A stretch of 64,000 bases of DNA from NCBI GenBank assembly GCA_021432655.1, contig MU271230.1, positions 1 through 64,000 on the forward strand, given 5' to 3'. A program made the position numbers and the translations under genes. Positions 37,117 through 48,281 of the stretch are shown here, piece by piece (position 1 is the stretch's first letter; every line of letters starts with the position of its first letter). The DNA is from Atractiella rhizophila (taxonomy: Eukaryota). The notes below the pieces were generated by a model. That model saw only the letters and a list, made by a program, of their open reading frames with translations. It was not told the DNA's origin and did not search any database.

Positions 37117-38320
37117 ATGTCGGAAGTTTGGGGAGACATGGAAACGCGCGAACCGCCGACGAGCGAAGAACGCATCCAGCACTTAGAAAGGATGTTCCAA
37201 ACTCTACACCTCACAACTGAAAAGCAATTCAAAAAACTTAAGAGGAACCCGGGCTTCTATAACGAGGAACAAGTATTAGCAAGATGTGAGGGAAAGAGCC
37301 ACAGGATAGAAAACCGTAGCGGACGTTGCCCCTCCAGATCTGAAACAGCGCAGCTGAAGGTACAGTAGCCCCAGGAACCGGGATACTCGCACACCTCGCC
37401 GCAACCCACTGCCTAGCCGCTGGCCACTGTTCCGCCGCGAGCCAGCTATGCTATGCCCGCAAGACAAGAGAGACACGAAACTCCTAAAACTCGACAGGGA
37501 AAAACGTCTTTTACATAAAACACCAGGCAGAAAGCAGCTACCCTACAAAGCTTTCTTCCAACTTACTCGTCTAAGAAGGCGTAGTTAAGCGGCTCTAAAA
37601 AGAAAGGTCAGAAGGTCGCTAAAACCCTTGAGAGGAACCCAATGAAACTCCACATCCCGTCCTAACTCAGGAGCAAACTTCTTTTTTTACTCCCGAAGTA
37701 GTAGTTTCAGTCGAACTAAACGGTTAAGAAGTTTGAACTACTACATCCAAAGATCCAATGGGAAAACAACCTCCCTTCTATAAAAACAGACACGTTACTC
37801 GAACACCAGACAGAACGTCTTTGCGCGAAATTTGAGGCTGTTTTTAACAAGGGTGCCTTAAACAAGGAGTAAAAGCTGTTCAGCCGCGTTTTAGGGTCGC
37901 CGCTTAAAAAGGCGTAGAGGAAGAAAGTACATTCTTTCCCATTTATCCTAAAAGCTAAAAAGCCAGCCCTTAACCGGACCTTGACATCTGCACATCTGCA
38001 TTTAAAGCGCATTTTTACAGCCTCGACACAACCCATGAGGAAACTTCTAACTTCCACCCCGTTCAAACTATGGACGTATACCACGTTGAACCTGTCAAAC
38101 CCCATGTCTTCCTCTTCCCATTCAGACTCCACAACCCAGACAAGCGCTATTTTTCCCCCTTCACCAGGGTGATAGAGATCCTCCTCCATCAGACCTTAGA
38201 TCGTTAACATTTTAAGCCAGTAAACACAAAACCTGCAGCCTGGGGTCAACGCGTTAAAGCTAGCGTAAGACCCTCCAAACGCGTAAAACAACCAACTTCG
38301 AACAATACTCCAGAACAAGC
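37117..38320 (+). pseudogene. Chromovirus ORF1/gag region, heavily mutated
   Basis: ATG 45 nt after the 5' LTR; one frame carries ten TAA/TAG stops between 37366 and 37917. Gag identity rests on position only. Confidence 0.55.
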
Positions 38321-39028
38321 NNNNNNNNNNNNNNNNNNNNNNNNNNNNNNNNNNNNNNNNNNNNNNNNNNNNNNNNNNNNNNNNNNNNNNNNNNNNNNNN
38401 NNNNNNNNNNNNNNNNNNNNNNNNNNNNNNNNNNNNNNNNNNNNNNNNNNNNNNNNNNNNNNNNNNNNNNNNNNNNNNNNNNNNNNNNNNNNNNNNNNNN
38501 NNNNNNNNNNNNNNNNNNNNNNNNNNNNNNNNNNNNNNNNNNNNNNNNNNNNNNNNNNNNNNNNNNNNNNNNNNNNNNNNNNNNNNNNNNNNNNNNNNNN
38601 NNNNNNNNNNNNNNNNNNNNNNNNNNNNNNNNNNNNNNNNNNNNNNNNNNNNNNNNNNNNNNNNNNNNNNNNNNNNNNNNNNNNNNNNNNNNNNNNNNNN
38701 NNNNNNNNNNNNNNNNNNNNNNNNNNNNNNNNNNNNNNNNNNNNNNNNNNNNNNNNNNNNNNNNNNNNNNNNNNNNNNNNNNNNNNNNNNNNNNNNNNNN
38801 NNNNNNNNNNNNNNNNNNNNNNNNNNNNNNNNNNNNNNNNNNNNNNNNNNNNNNNNNNNNNNNNNNNNNNNNNNNNNNNNNNNNNNNNNNNNNNNNNNNN
38901 NNNNNNNNNNNNNNNNNNNNNNNNNNNNNNNNNNNNNNNNNNNNNNNNNNNNNNNNNNNNNNNNNNNNNNNNNNNNNNNNNNNNNNNNNNNNNNNNNNNN
39001 NNNNNNNNNNNNNNNNNNNNNNNNNNNN
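38321..39028. other. Assembly gap
   Basis: Run of N. Confidence 1.
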
Positions 39029-39029
39029 T

Positions 39030-41492
39030 CCTTGGGATCACGCGATCAACCTCATACCCGAATCACGACCATATGCGGGACCGGTCTACCCCTTGAAAAG
39101 AGACGAACAAGCGGCGCTCGACCAATTCATTGACGCCGAACTAAGCGCCGGCCGTATACGTCCTAGCACAGGTGAACATGGAGCCTCAGTTTTCTTCACG
39201 CACAAAAAAGACTCATCTGAACTTCGTCCCCTTTTCGATTATCGGAAGCTGAACGAAGCCACAGTCAAAGACAAGACCCCACTCCCCATTCAGGCTGACC
39301 TCTTTTCCATGGTCTCAGGTAAAAAGTTCTTCAGCAAGATTGATCTGAGGAAAGGGTTCAACAACGTTCACATCAAAGAAGGAGACGAACACAAAGCGGC
39401 GTTTCGCACAAATCGAGGACTTTTCGAACCATTGGTGATGTATTTCGGACTCTGCAACTCGCCGGCGACTTTCCAAGCTTTCCTGAACTCTATTTTCCGC
39501 GCGATGATCGCCGCTGCGTTCATCTTCATATACATAGACGACATCCTAATTGCGACAGAAACTGAAGAAGAACACTGGGAACGCGTTCGAGAAGTTTGTC
39601 AAATTTTACGCGAAAATGGGCTTTATGTTAACTTACAGAAATGTGTCTGGTGTCAAAGCGAAGTAGAGTATCTAGGATTGATCATTACCAGCAGAGGGAT
39701 CGAACCCGATCCAGTAAAGGTTGCAGGAGTGATGGATTGGCCGGAACCAAAAAACATGAAGGAAGTCCAAATGTTCCTTGGTTTCGCTAATTTCTATCGC
39801 CGCTTTTGTGACAGATTTAGTCACATCGCAAGACCTTTATATGAACTGACCAAAAAGGAGGTTTCCTGGGTCTGGGGGGTAGATGAGCAACGTTCGTTCG
39901 CCGCTTTGAAGCAGCTCATGATTTCGGCGCCCGTTTTAGCGCATCCTGAACAAATAGGACGATTTCTGCTTGAAGTAGAAGAACAAGTAGTCAAAGCCTT
40001 GAGAGAGATCCTAGACGAACCAGTCGACGCAATTCGCCGACGGGAGTGGCAAGAAGTCGATGGCGCTGTCTATTTTCGCGGTAAACTCTACATTCCCCGC
40101 GATGACGAAATCCGCCGCTCGATTTTGCAAGACCTGCATGATTCGCAAATCGCCGGTCATCCAGGCGTGAAATCAACGACAGCTCTAGTAAAAAGGTACT
40201 ACTGGTGGCCAGGATTGGCGCATTACGTTCGCCGATATGTCGGCGCCTGTCACACTTGCCACAGAACGAAGAACTTTCCTTCCCCACCCATCGGGTTTTT
40301 GCAACCAAATGACATTCCCACACGTCGCTGGCAAATTGTCAGCATGGACTTGGTTGGACCACTCCCAGAATCTGGGGGGTTCGACACAATTTTCGTCATA
40401 GTAGACAGACTCTCAAAACGCACCCATCTCATCCCCACCCATTCGACGATGGATGCAGAAGGCCTTGCAAGACTTTTTCGCGATCATGTATGGAAGTTAC
40501 ATGGACTTTTCGACGTCGCAATTTTTGATCGTGGCAAAGAATTCGTGTCCAAATTCACATCTGCACTTTTTCGCCTATTAGGTATCAAAGGTTCACCATC
40601 GACAGCCTATCACCCACAGACTGATGGTCAGACTGAACGTATGAACCAAGAAGTTGAACAATATTTGCGCATTTTTTGCAACCACCTTCAGGACAATTGG
40701 GTAGAAGGACTCCCCAACGCAGAATTTGCGCTCAACAATCGCGTCAGTTCGGCGACGGGCGTAACTCCATTTTCACTCGACTGTGGTCAACATCCACGCA
40801 TGGCTTTTGAACCCATCTCCGACGAGGACGTTCCCGCGGCGGCGCATTTCGTCGAAAAGATGCAAATCGCCGACCGGGAAGCACGAGCGGCACTTGAGCA
40901 AGCAGCAGATCTGATGGCAAAACATTATGACAGAAAACGCGCACCGGCGCCCGAATATCATGTCGGCGATTTCGTCTGGTTGAGCGCGAAAAACATCAAA
41001 TCGACGAGACCTGTCAAAAAGTTGGACGACAAATGGCATGGCCCCTTTCGCGTTTTGCAAGTTTTGGGTCCCCTCAACCTTAAACTCGAGTTGCCATCCT
41101 CATGGAAGATACATCCAGTGTTCCACGTGGGCCTAATACGAAAAGTCAACGAAGACGACATCCCTGGCAGAGTTCAGCTGCCCAAACCACCTCCAGAATT
41201 GGTGAATGGAATTGAAGAATTGGAAGTAGAAAAAATTGTTGATGGGAAATGGTTCGGTACCCGAAATAGAGTTTTCAAATATCGCGTTCGATACAAAGGG
41301 TATTCACCATCTGAAGACGAGTGGATCAACATCACAGATCTAGAAAATTCCCAGGATGCTATAAAAGACTATCACACTGCACACCCTCTCGCAGTTCGTC
41401 CCGATTCCATACCGAACTCCGCAACAAATCGCCCAAATACGCGTTTTCGTAACCTTCGACGAAAACGCGCTGAAGGGTCTTCCTCACTTTAA
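39030..41492 (+). CDS. pol: Chromovirus pol (RT, integrase, chromodomain; RNase H core deleted; 5' end in the gap)
   Basis: RT KIDLRKGFNN..YIDDIL; integrase HDSQIAGHPG..CHTC, SMD/FDRG/QTERMN, GPF; chromodomain EVEKIVD..YRVRYKGYSPSEDEW. Confidence 0.93.
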   Translation, partial: PWDHAINLIPESRPYAGPVYPLKRDEQAALDQFIDAELSAGRIRPSTGEHGASVFFTHKKDSSELRPLFDYRKLNEATVKDKTPLPIQADLFSMVSGKKFFSKIDLRKGFNNVHIKEGDEHKAAFRTNRGLFEPLVMYFGLCNSPATFQAFLNSIFRAMIAAAFIFIYIDDILIATETEEEHWERVREVCQILRENGLYVNLQKCVWCQSEVEYLGLIITSRGIEPDPVKVAGVMDWPEPKNMKEVQMFLGFANFYRRFCDRFSHIARPLYELTKKEVSWVWGVDEQRSFAALKQLMISAPVLAHPEQIGRFLLEVEEQVVKALREILDEPVDAIRRREWQEVDGAVYFRGKLYIPRDDEIRRSILQDLHDSQIAGHPGVKSTTALVKRYYWWPGLAHYVRRYVGACHTCHRTKNFPSPPIGFLQPNDIPTRRWQIVSMDLVGPLPESGGFDTIFVIVDRLSKRTHLIPTHSTMDAEGLARLFRDHVWKLHGLFDVAIFDRGKEFVSKFTSALFRLLGIKGSPSTAYHPQTDGQTERMNQEVEQYLRIFCNHLQDNWVEGLPNAEFALNNRVSSATGVTPFSLDCGQHPRMAFEPISDEDVPAAAHFVEKMQIADREARAALEQAADLMAKHYDRKRAPAPEYHVGDFVWLSAKNIKSTRPVKKLDDKWHGPFRVLQVLGPLNLKLELPSSWKIHPVFHVGLIRKVNEDDIPGRVQLPKPPPELVNGIEELEVEKIVDGKWFGTRNRVFKYRVRYKGYSPSEDEWINITDLENSQDAIKDYHTAHPLAVRPDSIPNSATNRPNTRFRNLRRKRAEGSSSL

Positions 41493-41700
41493 GGGGCCCA
41501 ACACCCCTATATGCCTTGCCGGGTGAAATCCTAGTCTTTGATACTTAGGTCAAGGCAAGGCGCCGACTTGTTCCTCAACGGACAAGTCGGCGACTTGGTC
41601 GTTGGTGAGCCCATTCGCCGCCCGTCAAAGACGAATGCTCGTTGCGTTCTCGCACCATCGCCAATGTCGCATTCATGAAAATTGTCCTCAATCGCGAGGT
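41482..41700 (+). ncRNA. Structured cis-RNA motif, copy 1 (unknown class)
   Basis: Five or more stems conserved with copy 2 through compensatory substitutions. Confidence 0.6.
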
Positions 41701-41708
41701 CCCCTCCC

Positions 41709-41924
41709 CCTCACTTTAAGAGGTCCTACTCCTCTACATGCCTCGCTGGGTGAATCCCTAGTCACATTGTTGAACATAGGTCTAGGCGAGGCGCCGGTCT
41801 GTTCCTCAACGGACAGATCGGCGACCGGTTTGTCGGTGAGTTACTCGCCCCATTTTCACAAACGGTTGCTTACTGCACCAAAAACAATACCGGTCAAACT
41901 TCAAAAACCCCTCAATTGCGAGGT
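41709..41924 (+). ncRNA. Structured cis-RNA motif, copy 2 (unknown class)
   Basis: Diverged tandem copy (period 227 nt) that preserves the same stems. Confidence 0.6.
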
Positions 41925-42331
41925 ACACAACGACTTCCCCTCATCCTACACTCTGTTCTGGTTTTGATGATTATTGTCTCCTATTTTTGCTTTTACCTTT
42001 GCTTCCCCATGCTTGATTGCTCGACAACACATTCTTCCACAAAGAAGGCAGACCGGCGACGAGCACACAAATCGCCGACCCGTTATACTGCGCGTTGTGT
42101 CCACGAGCGCGTGGCCCAGGCCTGTTTGGTTGCGAGCTCCAAAATAAGCTTGGGTAGCTAGTGGGAGGAACGCCTGAGGGTCCTCCCCTAGACAGGGGAG
42201 TGTGAGTCCTGCATCACCCTCTTTGCCATTGTTCTCCCCACTCACTACAATCCTTTTGCCACTACGACACATTTACATCTGTCGCCGCCCGGCAATTCGC
42301 CGCTAATACGGAGACGCAAAACGCATACATT

Positions 42332-44034
42332 TCAGAGATCAAAATCACCACTCTGGACTGACTCCTCACTATCGCTGCTGCTCGAAGAAGAAACGGAATA
42401 TGCATCATAATTGGAATTGCCATAGGCCTCTTGGGCTAAAGAAGGGTTTAAGTCGCCTAGTCGAAACTCAATTTCGCCGATACGACGTATTTTCTGCAAC
42501 TGGCGATGGGTCAGGTGCCCTACGATGCCTAAACAACATCTAGATAGTCAGACAGATCGCCGAAAAACGGATGAACTCACCCTACCAGTCACATCGGCGA
42601 TCACACCTTCCACAGCCGAATCTTCACTAGCCCCATCCTCCGCGGCTCGATCATCCTGCCTCCTTTTATACAATTCCATCTGCAACTCAGCGGCCTTCAG
42701 AGCGTCCGCCGCCGCTTGTGCATTCAATTTGGCGGCAGCTAGCATGGTTTGCGCGAAGTCCAGGCTGAATGCCTCAGAGTACAACCGGGCGGCGCTCAGC
42801 AATGATTGCGAAGGAGAATCCTCGTCGACATCCGAAATGTTCTCGTAATTGCTTTCGATGAAAGCCGATGGACGTTTTTTCCCGTCGCCGATACGTTTAG
42901 GATGGAATGAAGTCGACATTACGACTAGCATCGAGAGTTCCCGCAAATATCCCAATGGCAAAACCTCACACNNNNNNNNNNNNNNNNNNNNNNNNNNNNN
43001 NNNNNNNNNNNNNNNNNNNNNNNNNNNNNNNNNNNNNNNNNNNNNNNNNNNNNNNNNNNNNNNNNNNNNNNNNNNNNNNNNNNNNNNNNNNNNNNNNNNN
43101 NNNNNNNNNNNNNNNNNNNNNNNNNNNNNNNNNNNNNNNNNNNNNNNNNNNNNNNNNNNNNNNNNNNNNNNNNNNNNNNNNNNNNNNNNNNNNNNNNNNN
43201 NNNNNNNNNNNNNNNNNNNNNNNNNNNNNNNNNNNNNNNNNNNNNNNNNNNNNNNNNNNNNNNNNNNNNNNNNNNNNNNNNNNNNNNNNNNNNNNNNNNN
43301 NNNNNNNNNNNNNNNNNNNNNNNNNNNNNNNNNNNNNNNNNNNNNNNNNNNNNNNNNNNNNNNNNNNNNNNNNNNNNNNNNNNNNNNNNNNNNNNNNNNN
43401 NNNNNNNNNNNNNNNNNNNNNNNNNNNNNNNNNNNNNNNNNNNNNNNNNNNNNNNNNNNNNNNNNNNNNNNNNNNNNNNNNNNNNNNNNNNNNNNNNNNN
43501 NNNNNNNNNNNNNNNNNNNNNNNNNNNNNNNNNNNNNNNNNNNNNNNNNNNNNNNNNNNNNNNNNNNNNNNNNNNNNNNNNNNNNNNNNNNNNNNNNNNN
43601 NNNNNNNNNNNNNNNNNNNNNNNNNNNNNNNNNNNNNNNNNNNNNNNNNNNNNNNNNNNNNNNNNNNNNNNNNNNNNNNNNNNNNNNNNNNNNNNNNNNN
43701 NNNNNNNNNNNNNNNNNNNNNNNNNNNNNNNNNNNNNNNNNNNNNNNNNNNNNNNNNNNNNNNNNNNNNNNNNNNNNNNNNNNNNNNNNNNNNNNNNNNN
43801 NNNNNNNNNNNNNNNNNNNNNNNNNNNNNNNNNNNNNNNNNNNNNNNNCACCTCTTCCTGCACCTCATCACAAAATTTGACATACAGAGGATAACACCTT
43901 TTCCCCCACTCCAGCACATCGGCGAATCGCCCAAAGTTCACCTCTTTCGCCTTTTCCACATCCCAATAAACAGTGCTCTCCCTCCTATCTTTGTTCGCCA
44001 GAACGAAGTCGAAGAGTTGCGCGTCGGTTGACAT
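42332..44034 (-). CDS. Putative antisense accessory gene of the chromovirus (gapped, possibly spliced)
   Basis: GCAAAA-ATG at 44034 is open into the gap (MSTDAQLFDFVLANK...). A frame of at least 137 codons with a coiled-coil-like segment follows the gap, then a candidate GT..CTGAC..TAG intron and a last exon of about 65 codons. Confidence 0.5.
42972..43848. other. Assembly gap
   Basis: Run of N. Confidence 1.
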
Positions 44035-44653
44035 TTTTGCAAGGAAAGAAGAGAGGGTGATGGTGGTAGAACTGGAAAATTTTTCGCCCAAGCTAGCCGC
44101 AAACCTTAACCTTAAAATTCCGTGACTCGCGTACACTAGCCAGAATTTTGGGGGGTGTTGTCAGGCTTGCCCCTACGCATTACCGAAATGTACCATTCGG
44201 AGTCACGTGACCTACTTCAGTACATCGTAGGATCAAGTGCCTACACGTCGCCGCTTTGCGCACGTTCGCGCTGACCGCCGCCTTCTCCCATCTCACTCGA
44301 ATCGCCGCTCAGCAAACCTTATAAATTTCGCCGGTCTGCACCGTCGCCATTATTGCCTTGTTATCTTTTCTCACTTGTTCCGCTCAGTATATCTTATTTC
44401 CGAGTATTCCCTTTTTTGCTTTCCTGATCTAGCTATCTTACATGTTTCAAGAAACTTATGTTACAGTTTATGGCAGTGCCTTGGCATATGTATATATACA
44501 TCGAGATGTAGTGGTGGTGACCTCAGAGTATTCTCTTAGGTTTACCTCCACTACAGGTTAGTCTTCTCATGCTATACGATTCACTTAGGTTTACCTCCAC
44601 TACAGACGCATCGCCTATCGGCGACCGCACATAGTGTCAGCCCTAACACTCAA

Positions 44654-47600
44654 ATGACACCATAGCAAGACCTTTCCATTTGGATAGCGCGGCGTCGATT
44701 CACTTGACCGTCTGTCCATGGCTTCTCCACGATTACAAGGTCTTGGAAAAACCTATTGGGATCCATGGAGCCTGGAGATCAAGGGGACAGGCTGTTGGAA
44801 AAGGGAACCTTAACATCGTATTCTTCCTTGAGGACAGGAAGACGAGCAAGGGGATTATTCGAAACGTTTACTACGCTCCTAGACTCAGCGTCAATCTCAT
44901 CTCCTCAAAGGTTCTCATGCAAAATGGAGTAGTTTTCGGAAACGATACGGAACGAGTTTATCTACACAGTTCGAATGGAGAAAGGTTTGGGATCGCCCAT
45001 ATTGGTGATACCCTAATCACACTCCAGGCGAGTTATCTACCTGCATCAGCACCCCTCTCCAATGATCCCACGACTATTCCTCATACGTCTTTTATCGCAG
45101 TGCCTCTTCGTATATGGCATCAACGTCTAGCACACCCAGCAACGAACGACTGCGACTAGCAATCAAAAATGAAATTGTGTCTCTGTCAGATGTAAAGGAT
45201 AGCTGCAATGCATCCCTTTTAGACAATTGCTTGACATGCGCAAGAGGGAAAGCTACATACGGAAGGAGTAAGGGACCTGCAAAGATTAGAGACCATGGAC
45301 CAGGGAGGACGTTGGGATTCGATACATGGGGTCCATCGACAGTTGCAAGTATACAAGGATTCCAATATGTTTTCGGCATCGTCGACGAGGCGTCCAGATA
45401 TATGATTGTAGGAGGAATGAAGCTCAAATCCGAGGCACCATCAATCTTGGATGGGGTCAGAGCAGCTATCAAAAGGGACCTTGACGTAGACGTCCGTAAG
45501 ATCCGCCACGACCAAGCCATGGAATTCATGTCGCTTGCAATGAAAAATTGGTGTGACAAACATCAGATTTCGAACATGAAGACCATGCCGTATGCACACG
45601 ATCAGGGCGGAATGTGGGAGCGACAATGGTATACCCTTTTCAACATGGTTCGATGCCTCCTCCTCGATTCCGGACTCCCTTTGTACCTTTGGTATGAGGC
45701 GTTGAAAGTTGCCGTCCATATGAAGAACATCATGCCTACAAAAGCAAACGAAAGAAATCAATCACCCTACGAAAGGTTTCATGGAAGACAGCCTGATATG
45801 ACGCACATCAGGGTATTTGGTTGTCTCGCTGCAGTTACCATCATGCCTGAGCAAAGGGATTCGAAGCTATTACCCCGAGCAAAGCTGATGTATTTCATTG
45901 GATATGTCCCTGACGGTTATGGATGGCGATTCTGGGACCCCGCAAGGCGGACAATAGTAGAAGGCAAATCAGCTAGATTCTTCGAAAACAAGTTCTATTC
46001 AGAAAGAGGCTATCAAGAAACAGAGAGAATACGGAACCTGGAGCCTGATGATTTCTTTGACATGCTGATACCACGGAATGATAAAGAAGAGGGAGAGAAA
46101 GGATGGCTAGAGGCAGAGCTGGGTGGACAACGTATAAACACAACCGAGATAGAGGCGGACGATGTTCGAACATCAAGTCCTGCGGTACCTGACACACCGG
46201 AATCTCCTACTCTGTCAAGAAAGCACTTAGACAAAACTCAAGCGGCTGTAGAACAAGGGGGAGAACCAGCTACTACCGACACGCTACAACCTCCAGAAGG
46301 GGACCCCTCGTTTGTCCAAGATCGAGTTGCGGAAATCGAAGCATCCATATGGAAGGCGAGGGTACACGAAGAAGAAATTGCGAGATTCTCCCCTCAACGA
46401 CAACAACGGCTGGGGAGAGGGATACGTCGCGCAGGGCAGAATAGGTGGGATTACAAGAAACTTCACGAGTGAGGTCTATATTACGCTCAAGTGTACGGAA
46501 ATGATGAAGTCGTCGCACCTGCAAGGGAATTGGTGGCGGAAGTGAAACGAAATCCATCAGTCTACAAGGTTACGCTTGAGGACGATATGGATAATTATGA
46601 AGACCACGAAGTCTACAGGACAGGCAGTATCGATGAGCCAACGTTCAAGCAAGCAATCGCTGGACCTGACCGCGATAAGTGGTTAGCTGCGATGGTGGCG
46701 GAGATGGCGGCACTCGAGTTGATGGTGATGTGGAAAGGTGGATTGAAGGAGTTGCCTGAGGGGAGAAAGGCTTTAGGTGTTAAATGGGTGCTGGTGGTAA
46801 AGCGTGATCCGAGAGGGGAGGTGATAAAGTACAAGGCACGCCTGGTCGTACGAGGGGATCAACAAAAGGCAGGCCTAGACTACACGGAGACTTGGGCACC
46901 AACCATGCGGACTGCATCTGTCAGAGAGCACTGTCCATCTCAGCCCAAAAGGGATGGGTCAGGCGACAATTCGACGTCAGCAACGCTTTCCTGAATGGTG
47001 ACCTCGAAGAACAAGTGTTCATTAAACAGCCACCCGGTTTCATCGACGAGGAACGCCCAAAAGGCGTTTACGAATTAGGGAAGGCGCTGTACGGGTTGTG
47101 TCAGGCAGGGCGACAATGGTGGAAGAAGATTCATGGAGTACTTACTCAGTTGGGTTTCGTATGGTCTACTGCGGACGAAGGCATGTACATTCTGCATGAG
47201 GATGGCAACACCCTCATCCTCTGTCTCCACGTTGATGATGGATTAGTCGTTGGAAGCTCACATGCCCTCATGGTCTCCATCTTTCAAAAACTGGGTGAAT
47301 TCTTCGCCTTAAGGGCTGGAACAGCGTCCGTGTTCTTGGGAATCCAGATCGAGGCGAAAGATGGATCCAGTATGGTCAAGATACACCAAGGAGGTTACGC
47401 TAGGAAGATAGTGCAGCGATACCTGGGGGACAACGTATCCCCAGTTCAGATGCCATGTGACTCCAACAAACGACTGTCCCCCGAAATGTCACCCAAATCT
47501 GCTGAAGAACGAGAAAGCATGCGACATATACCTTACCGAGAGGCCGTTGGAGCACTCATCTACCTTACGACATGCACTCGCCCTGATATCGCTTATGCCG

Positions 47601-48200
47601 TCTGCGAGGTTGTGCGTTACTGCGACAACCCGGGACTAGACCACTGGCACGCAGTCAAACGTATTCTTCGCTATGTCTCCGGCAGCCTAGATCACGGATT
47701 AGTATACGACGGATACATCTTCCCACAACCATCACTGGATGCGTTCATCGATGCAGACCATGCAGCGGACCCTACGACGCGACACTCTGTCTCTGGCGTA
47801 CTCTTCCGGAATGCTGGTGGGGCGATTTCGTGGATATCGAAACGCCAATTGAGCGTGGCTGTCTCCTAGACGGAAGCCGAGTACATTGCCATGTCCATTG
47901 GCACTTGGGAGGCGGTATGGCTGCGCAGGCTGTTCTCCAACCTGGGATTTCCGCAAGTGCAGCCGACACTGATACGGGGCGATAATCAAGGAGCGATACG
48001 GCTAGCTTCGCATCCGACAGCACACGCACGGACGAAACACATCGCTGTACACTACCATTTCATGCGGGAGAAGTCGACGATGGCACTGTTATTCTTCAGT
48101 GGATACCGACTCGTCAACAAGCCGCCGATGTCCTTACAAAAGGATTGGCGGTGTCAACTCACTGGCGTTTCTGTTCCACCATGGGGCTCACGAATGAGAC
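44654..48200 (+). pseudogene. Copia-2 pol (PR-INT-RT-RNaseH) with frameshifts and stops
   Basis: LDSAASIH, WHQRLAHP, CLTCARGK, integrase core, KYKARLVVRG, LHVDD, DADHA, TKHIAVHYHF; TAG at 47867-47869. Confidence 0.92.
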
Positions 48201-48281
48201 GGTATACGGTACGGGGGTTATGGGAACGAATAAAGCGGGAAGCGGATAAAGCGGGAAGCGGAGCGGCGAAGTGAGGGGGAG

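Larger units (their letters stand above)
36583..44648 (+). mobile_element. Ty3/Gypsy chromovirus LTR retrotransposon (spans two assembly gaps)
   Basis: 490-bp LTRs at 36583-37072 and 44159-44648 (one mismatch seen), RT-INT-chromodomain pol, G-run PPT at 44150-44155. TSD CTCAA flanks 36131-44648. Confidence 0.9.

Noticed and set aside
41482..41924. Assignment of the RNA motif as a hammerhead or HDV-like ribozyme
   Set aside because: No CTGANGA/GAAA core in both copies. The TTCCTC segment sits in a simple covarying hairpin rather than an HDV nested double pseudoknot.
38196..44136. Long ORF-track entries full of X
   Set aside because: Artefacts of translating N gaps; only the minus-strand flanks of the second gap look coding.
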